From Acidobacteriota bacterium (GTDB lineage Bacteria > Acidobacteriota > UBA4820 > DSQY01), in contig JBMFSH010000010.1 of the NCBI GenBank assembly GCA_049967655.1, positions 22,430 through 86,429 on the forward strand: a stretch of 64,000 bases of DNA. Reading direction: 5' to 3'. The notes beneath the pieces were generated by a model. It was not told the DNA's origin, did not search any database, and saw only the letters and a list, made by a program, of their open reading frames with translations. The translations under genes and the position numbers were made by a program. How positions within the stretch are numbered: the stretch's first letter is position 1; every line of letters begins with the position of its first letter. Positions 57,918 through 64,000 of the stretch are shown in pieces.

Positions 57918-58415
57918 CTATCGCTTGAGTACCTCGACCACGGTGACCTGGCCGAAGAGCCACTTCCCGTGCCTCTTGTGGAGGGTACACTTCACCTCGT
58001 GGGTCTCGCTCACCGAGCCGCCGTCCGTGAGAGTCCCCGTGATACTGGCCGTAGCCGCCACCCGGGCCGTGTGCTCCTCGGGGAAGCGGATGTCCAGGTC
58101 GTAGAACTTCAGGGAGAGCTTGTTGAACCGGGCGCGGCCGGCGAAGTAGTAGCGGGTGATCTCCTGAGGCGTGACGGTGCCGCTGAGGTCGTACTTTGGA
58201 GCCTCCCAAGTGCACTCAGGAGCAAAGAACTCGTCGGCCTTGGTCGCCTCGTTCACCAGGGTCAGGTTGCCCTCGGGTCCGTCCTTGGAGACCCACTCCG
58301 AGAGGGAGCTGAACTGCCGTTTCACCTGCCGGGTGCGCGAGGGGAAAAGGGTCCAGACGGCCCAGGCCGCCAGAAGAACGGCCAGAGCGGCGAGGACCTT
58401 CTTGCGTGTTACCAT
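57918..58415 (-). CDS. Membrane-anchored hypothetical protein (possible NTF2/SnoaL-like fold)
   Basis: N-terminal TM KKVLAALAVLLAAWAVW followed by about 140 aa. Its start overlaps the lepB stop by 7 nt. Confidence 0.6.
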   Translation of the reverse strand: MVTRKKVLAALAVLLAAWAVWTLFPSRTRQVKRQFSSLSEWVSKDGPEGNLTLVNEATKADEFFAPECTWEAPKYDLSGTVTPQEITRYYFAGRARFNKLSLKFYDLDIRFPEEHTARVAATASITGTLTDGGSVSETHEVKCTLHKRHGKWLFGQVTVVEVLKR

Positions 58416-58903
58416 AGGGGAACTCCCACAATCCGCCGGAGCGACACCTGGCCGAAGTCGTGCTGCTCCATGGGCATGCTCCGGTTGTCGCCGACGACGT
58501 AGACGTGACCCGGCTCCACCGTTCGGGGTGGAAGGTTCCAATCGCAGGGCCCCTTCACGTAGGGCTCCGCCACGGGACGGCCGTCCACCAGGAGCACGCC
58601 CTCCTTGAATGCCACCGTCTGTCCCGCCAGCGCCACGATGCGCTTGAGGTAGACCACGTCCTCGCCCGCCAGGCGGATGGCCACCACGTCGCCGCACCGC
58701 GGTTTCGAGTAGAGGTAGTGGGGCTTCCAGAGGAAGTCGAACCCGCCGTCGCGATAGGTGTTTTCCATGCTCTTTCCCCGGATCACGAAAGGGGTGCAGA
58801 CGAAGCCGAAGAAGCCGTAGGCGCTGAGCGCCACCAGGACCACCCGGAGCAGGTAGGCGGGGGTGAGGGAGGGGAAGAGAAAGCGCCGCAGCCGTTCGTC
58901 CAT
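58409..58903 (-). CDS. lepB: Signal peptidase I
   Basis: RGKSMENTY (Ser box), VVYLKRIVALAGQ (Lys box) and VVGDNRSMPMEQHDFG. The start is ambiguous between 58903 and 58930. Confidence 0.85.
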   Translation of the reverse strand: MDERLRRFLFPSLTPAYLLRVVLVALSAYGFFGFVCTPFVIRGKSMENTYRDGGFDFLWKPHYLYSKPRCGDVVAIRLAGEDVVYLKRIVALAGQTVAFKEGVLLVDGRPVAEPYVKGPCDWNLPPRTVEPGHVYVVGDNRSMPMEQHDFGQVSLRRIVGVPLW

Positions 58904-58960
58904 CCGAATGGGCCAGCCTTCAGCTCCCATGGTAGTTGAGGGAGATCTACCGCGGCAAGG

Positions 58961-59068
58961 GGGGAGGATGATTGCGGGTGATGGATAGTTGCGGCATGAA
59001 TCCCAAACCACAAATCCAAAGCCGCAATCCTCAATTTCTTCGTGCCTTGGTGTCTTGGTGGTGAATCT
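58961..59068. repeat. Head-to-head array pair: + strand GGAGGATG ATTGCGGG TGATGGAT AGTTGCGG, then minus-strand TTCACCACCAAGACACCAAGGCACGAAGAAATTGAGGATTGCGGC…
   Basis: The two arms share GAGGAT..TTGCGG on opposite strands. 59042-59062 is the reverse complement of 34516-34536 (21/21). The patch is locally AT-richer. Confidence 0.85.
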
Positions 59069-59146
59069 TTGTTCTTACTGGTTCGGCTTTGCGAATACCG
59101 AAAAGCTCGCCGCTGTGCTATCCTTCTCACTTCGCGGAGGTTTCCC

Positions 59147-59920
59147 ATGACCGAAGACACCTTGGTGATCGCGGGACGACGGTTTTCGAGCCGGCTCTTT
59201 CTAGGGACCGGGAAATACAAGGACAACGAGACCATGGCGGCGGCCTTGGAGGCCTCGGGGGCCGAGGTGATCACCGTTGCCGTCAGACGCGTGGAGCTGG
59301 ACCGGAGCAAGGCCTCCATGCTCGATTTCATCGATCCCAAGCGCTACTTCCTGCTCCCCAACACGGCCGGCTGCACCACGGCCGACGAGGCCGTCCGGAC
59401 CGCCCGCCTGGGGCGCGAAGTGGGCCTCTCCAACTGGGTCAAGCTGGAGGTGATCGGCGACGAGAGGACCCTCTTCCCCGACAACGAGGGTCTGCTCGAA
59501 GCCACCCGGACCCTCGTGAAGGAGGGTTTCGTGGTGCTTCCCTACACCAACGACGACCTGGTGAACGCCAAGAAGCTGAGGGACGCGGGCGCCGCCGCCG
59601 TCATGCCCCTGGGCGCGCCGATCGGGTCGGGCATGGGCATCCAGAATCCCACCAACATCTCCATCATCAAGGAGTTCATGGACGTTCCCGTGATCGTGGA
59701 CGCCGGCGTGGGCACGGCCAGCGACGCCTGCCGCGCCATGGAGCTGGGCGTGGACGGGGTTCTCATGAACACGGGGGTGGCCGGCGCCAGGGACGCCGTC
59801 CTCATGGCCGCCGCCATGAACAAGGCCGTGCGGGCCGGGCGCGAAGCCTTCCTGGCGGGCCGCATCCCCATGAAGCGCTACGCCACCGCCTCCAGCCCCG
59901 CCGAGGGCCTGGTTCGCTGA
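59147..59920 (+). CDS. thiG: Thiazole synthase
   Basis: [42 protein letters not shown] upstream. Confidence 0.93.
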   Translation: MTEDTLVIAGRRFSSRLFLGTGKYKDNETMAAALEASGAEVITVAVRRVELDRSKASMLDFIDPKRYFLLPNTAGCTTADEAVRTARLGREVGLSNWVKLEVIGDERTLFPDNEGLLEATRTLVKEGFVVLPYTNDDLVNAKKLRDAGAAAVMPLGAPIGSGMGIQNPTNISIIKEFMDVPVIVDAGVGTASDACRAMELGVDGVLMNTGVAGARDAVLMAAAMNKAVRAGREAFLAGRIPMKRYATASSPAEGLVR

Positions 59921-60028
59921 GGAGGCTTGACGGGGCTCCGAGGGGCCCCAATCCGGGATGGCCCCGGATCGGTACGGTTGTGCATCGCGGTCTGGCGACC
60001 GCTCCTACTCAAAGAAGGGGAGATGCCC

Positions 60029-61168
60029 ATGATCAGCTACGAACTCTCGAAGGAACAGCTGGCACTGGTGGAGAAGAGCAAGGACTTCGCCGACCGCGTC
60101 ATGCGCCCGGTGGCGCGGCAGTACGACGAGTCCTGCGAGTTTCCGTGGCCCGTCGTCCAGAAGGCCTACGAGGAGGGGATCGTCAACGGCGCCATCCCGA
60201 AGGAGTACGGCGGGGCGGGCCACAGCTCTCTGGAGGGATGCCTCGCGAGCGAGGAGCTGGGCGCGGCCTGCTCGGGCATCGGCATCTGCATCGACGCCAA
60301 CAACCTGGCCCTCACGCCGCTCCTGGTGGGCGGTAGCGACGAACTGAAGAAACGGATCTTCGGGCAGCTCGTGGAGAGCCGCGGATTGGCGGCCTTCTGC
60401 CTGACCGAACCCGAGGCCGGCTCCGATGCGGGGGCGGTGAAAACCACGGCCGTGCGACAGGGCGACAAGTACGTCATCAACGGCAAGAAGCGCTTCATCA
60501 CCAACGGCAAACAGGCCATGATCCACACGGTCTTCTGCAACACCGATCCGGGGCGCGGCGCCCGGGGCATGTCCGCCATCGTGGTGCCTACCGACACGCC
60601 CGGTGTGGTCATCGGCCGCGAGCTGCCCAAGATGGGCCAGCGCGCCTCCTGCCAGGTGGAGATCGAGTACCACGACGTGGCGGTCCCGGTGGAGAACGTG
60701 ATCGGCAAGGAGAACCAGGGCTTTATCATCGCCATGAAGACCTTCAACCGCACGAGGGCCGGCGTGGCGGCGGCGGCGGTGGGGATGGCGCGGGAGGCCT
60801 ACGACGTGGCGAAGGCGTGGGCGCTCAAGCGGCGGCAGTTCGACCAGCCCATCGTAGCCTTCCAGGGCATCTCCTTCATGTTTGCGGAGATGCTCACCAA
60901 GATCACGGCGAGCCGCTTCCTCGTCTGGAACGCGGCCATCCTGACGGACCAGGACAAGGAGGTCGGCACCTACAGCGCCATGGCCAAGTATTACGCCACC
61001 GACACGGCCATGGAGGTGGCCACCAACGCGGTCCAAATCATGGGCGGCGACGGCTACTCCAAGGACTTCATCGTCGAGAAGATCATGCGCGACGCCAAGC
61101 TCTCGCAGATCTACGAGGGGACCAACCAGGTCCAGCGCTTCGTCATCGCCAAAAACACTCTGAAGTAG
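60029..61168 (+). CDS. Acyl-CoA dehydrogenase (short/medium-chain, butyryl-CoA dehydrogenase-like)
   Basis: 379 aa. CLTEPEAGSDAG, QIMGGDGYSKDF and IYEGTNQVQ motifs. Confidence 0.9.
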   Translation: MISYELSKEQLALVEKSKDFADRVMRPVARQYDESCEFPWPVVQKAYEEGIVNGAIPKEYGGAGHSSLEGCLASEELGAACSGIGICIDANNLALTPLLVGGSDELKKRIFGQLVESRGLAAFCLTEPEAGSDAGAVKTTAVRQGDKYVINGKKRFITNGKQAMIHTVFCNTDPGRGARGMSAIVVPTDTPGVVIGRELPKMGQRASCQVEIEYHDVAVPVENVIGKENQGFIIAMKTFNRTRAGVAAAAVGMAREAYDVAKAWALKRRQFDQPIVAFQGISFMFAEMLTKITASRFLVWNAAILTDQDKEVGTYSAMAKYYATDTAMEVATNAVQIMGGDGYSKDFIVEKIMRDAKLSQIYEGTNQVQRFVIAKNTLK

Positions 61169-61173
61169 CCTTT

Positions 61174-61205
61174 GGAAGGACGAGATGAGGTGATGAGGTG
61201 ACGCA
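61174..61205 (+). repeat. Short octamer array GGAAGGAC GAGATGAG GTGATGAG GTGACGCA
   Basis: Starts 6 nt after the ACAD TAG stop. Same GTGATGAG unit as 24313-24344. Confidence 0.7.
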
Positions 61206-61304
61206 GAAAAGCTCCAGATGGCGGCCTTCGTCCCGGCCGATTGGGGCCGCTTTCCGTCCCTCATCCCCCGTCCCGGCCCTCAGCGACCCCCTTCGTGAGG
61301 TGAC

Positions 61305-62819
61305 ATGAACTATCCCGTTTGGTGGGTGCCCTTCGGCTCTCAGTGGCTGATCATCGTCGTCGGCGTGATCCACGTCTTCCTCGCCCAGTTCGCGGTGGGG
61401 GGAGGCTTCCTGCTGGTGGCGGCGGAGAGTTGGGCGCACCGGCACGAGGACCAGGCCCTCCTGGACTGGCTCATGCGCCAGACAAGGGTCTTCGCCTTCA
61501 TTACTCTCGTCTTCGGCGCCACCACCGGCGTGGGCATCTGGTTCACCATCGGCCTCATCAGCCCCCAGGCCACCAGCGATCTGATCCACCTCTTCGTCTG
61601 GGCCTGGGCGATTGAGTGGGTCTTCTTCGTGGTGGAGATCCTGTCGGTCATCGTCTACGCCCGCACCTGGGGCAGGCTTCCCCGGCGGACGCACCGCATC
61701 ATCGGCTGGATCTACTTCGCCTCCGCCTTCTTGAGCATGGTGGCCATCGACGGCATCCTGGCCTTCCAGCTCGCGCCGGGTGCCTGGCCGAAGAGTCGGT
61801 CGCTCGCCTCCGCCTTCTTCAACCCGAACCTGCTGCCCTCGCTCGCCGTCCGCTGCCTGCTCTGCCTTATGCTGGGAGGGCTGTGGGCTCTGGCCTCGGC
61901 CTCGTTCAGCAGGGACCGCATCCTCAGAGCCGAGGTGGCCCGCTTCGCTTCGGGCTGGGTCTGGATCCCCGCCCTGCTCATGGGGCCGGCCTGCTTCTGG
62001 TTCGCCCAGATGCTGCCGAGGGCGAACCGGAAGCTCTGGGACTTCACGCCGACCATGCAGAGCCAGACGTGGAGCCTGGCCGCCTGCCTCGGCTTTCTCG
62101 CCTTTCTGGGCTTCGCCGTGCTCTGGTTCAGGCCCAAGAACCTCTCCAAAGGCCTGGCTCTTCTCATGCTCCTGGTGGGGTTTGCCGTGGTGGGGCTCTT
62201 CGAGTGGCAGAGGGAGCAGTTGCGGGACCCCTACCTCGTGACAGGGCGGGTCTACTCCAACGGGATTTCGGTGGAGGACTACCCGCTCCTCAAGCAGCGG
62301 GGGCTGCTCGCTTCGGCGCGCTGGCTCCCGCCGCGCTTGGACGAGGCCAAAGGCGCGGTGGAGGAGGGGAGGGAGCTCTTCCGCGTGGCCTGCTCCTCCT
62401 GCCACGCCGTAAGGCGCGGGCTCAACGCGCTGGCGCCGGCGATCCGCGGGATGGATCAGCCCTACCTGGCGGCTCTGGTGCTGCGCACCGACCTCATCTG
62501 GCCGGGCATGCCGCCCTTCCCCGGCAAGGCCCCCGACGCCAGGGCCATCGCGGCCTACCTCGCGGCCCGGGCCGGCCAGGCGCCAGCCCCGAGTGGCGGT
62601 GCCGCCATCTGGCGCATGCGCTGCGGGGTCTGCCACACCCTCAACGGCGCCTTCCGCCCCGTTCTTCCGACGGTGAAAGGAATGGGGCCCAAAGACATCT
62701 CGGACCTCATCGCCTCCATCGAGGTCATGAATAGCGCCATGCCCCACTGGAGCGGGACGGACGCCGAGCGCGAGAGCCTGGCGAACTACTTGGCGGCGCA
62801 GGAAGGGGGCAAGCCATGA
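61305..62819 (+). CDS. Cytochrome bd oxidase subunit-I-like membrane domain fused to a C-terminal di-haem cytochrome c
   Basis: The N-terminus VIHVFLAQFAVGGGFLLVAAE and the region AWAIEWVFFVVEI resemble CydA helices 1 and 3. The C-terminal part carries CSSCH and CGVCH motifs. Confidence 0.6.
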   Translation: MNYPVWWVPFGSQWLIIVVGVIHVFLAQFAVGGGFLLVAAESWAHRHEDQALLDWLMRQTRVFAFITLVFGATTGVGIWFTIGLISPQATSDLIHLFVWAWAIEWVFFVVEILSVIVYARTWGRLPRRTHRIIGWIYFASAFLSMVAIDGILAFQLAPGAWPKSRSLASAFFNPNLLPSLAVRCLLCLMLGGLWALASASFSRDRILRAEVARFASGWVWIPALLMGPACFWFAQMLPRANRKLWDFTPTMQSQTWSLAACLGFLAFLGFAVLWFRPKNLSKGLALLMLLVGFAVVGLFEWQREQLRDPYLVTGRVYSNGISVEDYPLLKQRGLLASARWLPPRLDEAKGAVEEGRELFRVACSSCHAVRRGLNALAPAIRGMDQPYLAALVLRTDLIWPGMPPFPGKAPDARAIAAYLAARAGQAPAPSGGAAIWRMRCGVCHTLNGAFRPVLPTVKGMGPKDISDLIASIEVMNSAMPHWSGTDAERESLANYLAAQEGGKP

Positions 62820-64000
62820 CGCCCATGTTGCCCTTTTTCGGCACCCTGCCACTGCCCGCTCCGGTCTGGCTCCTGAAGGCGCTTCTACTCCTGACCTTCA
62901 TCGTGCACCTGCTCTTCATGAACCTCATGGCCGGCGGCAATTTGCTCGCGGCCATCTTCGCCTTCAAGGGCAAGCCACGGCACCTGGACGCCGCTCGGGG
63001 CCTCGTCCGCATCATGCCCTACGCCACGGCCTTCACCATCGTCTTCGGGGTGGCGCCGCTCCTCTTCATCCAAGTGCTTTACGGCCCGCTCTTTTACACC
63101 AGCGCGATCCTCATCGGAACCCCCTTTCTCCTGTCCATTCCCGTCATCATGTTGGCCTACGCCCTCATGTACCTGGCGGCCTACCGCTGGGACAGACTGA
63201 AGCGCTCGCGGCCGTGGCTGCCCCTCCTGAACTTCCTGCTGCTGGGCTACGTGGGTTTCATCATGACCAGCCTGAGCACGCTCATGCTCGCCCCGGACGG
63301 GTTCAAGGAGAAGTACCTCGCCCATCCCGGCGGCTGGCAGCTCAACATGGCCGAGCCCACGCTCGTTCCGCGCTTCCTCCACATGATGATAGGCGCGGTC
63401 GCGGTGGCGGGACTCTACATCGCCATCCGCGGAGCGCGTCGGCTGCGCCTGGAGCCCGAACAGGGCCGCTGGCAGTACCGGAGCGGTGCCACCTGGTTCG
63501 CCGGTGCCACACTCGTCAACATGGCCGTAGGAGTCTGGTGGCTTCTCGCCCTGCCCAAAGAGCAGATGATGACGCTCATGGGCGGCAACCTCACGGCCTC
63601 CATCTCCTTCGGCGTCGCGCTGCTGGGCGCGCTGCTCGCCCTCTGCGGGGCGCTCCTGGGCATCAACTCCGTCAAGCCCGGCCCCTACCTCTGGGGGACG
63701 GCCGCGTCGCTGGTAGCCGTTTTAGTCGGCATGGCTGTGATGCGGGACGCTCTCAGGGACGCCGCCCTCCGGTCCGACTACGTGGTGCAAGCGCTGCCCG
63801 TGGGCTCCCAGTGGGGTGCCATCCTTCTCTTTGCCCTCCTGCTGGTGGCGGGCGCATGGGTCTGCGGGTGGCTCCTCAAACAGCAGAAGATCGCCGGCGC
63901 CGAAAGCCAGCCCAGGCCGCCCGCCCCAGGCCTCACCGATTCCGGTATCCGGCGCCTAGGCCCCATGGACTCCCGGACCGGGATGCCCGCCGCAACGGAC
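62816..64000 (+). CDS. Polytopic membrane protein, partner of the CydA-like fusion (3' end outside the window)
   Basis: ATGA overlap with the upstream stop. I translated the first ~60 codons and the last ~14 and found no in-frame stop; openness of the intervening ~320 codons is inferred from the absence of competing + strand ORFs in the track. Hydrophobic, with FIVHLLFMNLMAGGNLL reminiscent of CydA helix 1. Absent from the ORF track because it lacks a stop. Confidence 0.7.
   Translation, partial: MTPMLPFFGTLPLPAPVWLLKALLLLTFIVHLLFMNLMAGGNLLAAIFAFKGKPRHLDAARGLVRIMPYATAFTIVFGVAPLLFIQVLYGPLFYTSAILIGTPFLLSIPVIMLAYALMYLAAYRWDRLKRSRPWLPLLNFLLLGYVGFIMTSLSTLMLAPDGFKEKYLAHPGGWQLNMAEPTLVPRFLHMMIGAVAVAGLYIAIRGARRLRLEPEQGRWQYRSGATWFAGATLVNMAVGVWWLLALPKEQMMTLMGGNLTASISFGVALLGALLALCGALLGINSVKPGPYLWGTAASLVAVLVGMAVMRDALRDAALRSDYVVQALPVGSQWGAILLFALLLVAGAWVCGWLLKQQKIAGAESQPRPPAPGLTDSGIRRLGPMDSRTGMPAATD

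Noticed and set aside
58961-59146. Expected TPP riboswitch upstream of thiG
   Set aside because: I could not find the conserved CUGAGA / ACCUGAUCUGGAUAAUGCCAGCG-type core. The region is instead occupied by the head-to-head array element. A covariance-model scan (RF00059) would settle it.

Overview
Very GC-rich bacterial chromosomal segment. I saw no rRNA, tRNA, transposase, integrase, prophage or CRISPR. About 57 protein genes are supported, nearly all housekeeping or metabolic. From left to right on the map:
- **1-9.3 kb:** acyl-CoA synthetase 3' fragment, gpmA, a fused trehalose-6-P synthase/phosphatase, an RRM RNA-binding protein, tex, era and a c-type cytochrome.
- **9.5-20.6 kb:** an ATP-grasp ligase, then a ~9.5 kb minus-strand fatty-acid/4-hydroxyacid catabolic gene string. 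In transcription order it is thiolase, FadB-like enzyme, ACAD-SCP2 fusion, CoA-transferase, ACAD, APH-type kinase, SDR.
- **21-26 kb:** an M50/CBS protease and an ECF sigma/anti-sigma pair.
- **26.4-34.5 kb:** a complete minus-strand trpE-G-D-C-F-B-A operon ending in a DAHP synthase. It is preceded by a Trp-Trp leader peptide and an intrinsic terminator, which together look like an attenuator.
- **34.7-46.3 kb:** a REC-PAS-GGDEF-EAL protein, a TetR-OMF-MFP-RND efflux operon and hslVU.
- **46.5-61.2 kb:** dehydrogenases, two-subunit class I fumarase, mdh, a DUF3857/transglutaminase pair, two TauE permeases, lepB, thiG and another ACAD.
- **61.3-64.0 kb:** a cytochrome-bd-subunit-I-like protein fused to a di-haem cytochrome c, with a membrane partner that runs off the window end.

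Two genes look decayed: an aldo/keto reductase with an internal out-of-frame deletion and an MFS transporter stub.

The most unusual signal is non-coding. At least 17 intergenic loci carry phase-coherent tandem arrays of 7-8 nt units. The arrays are purine-rich on one strand and often paired head-to-head with a mirrored pyrimidine arm or bracketed by inverted repeats. Some sit inside operons, overlap stop codons, or abut predicted -35 boxes.

All calls come from reading the sequence and the ORF track by eye. No searches or folding programs were run.
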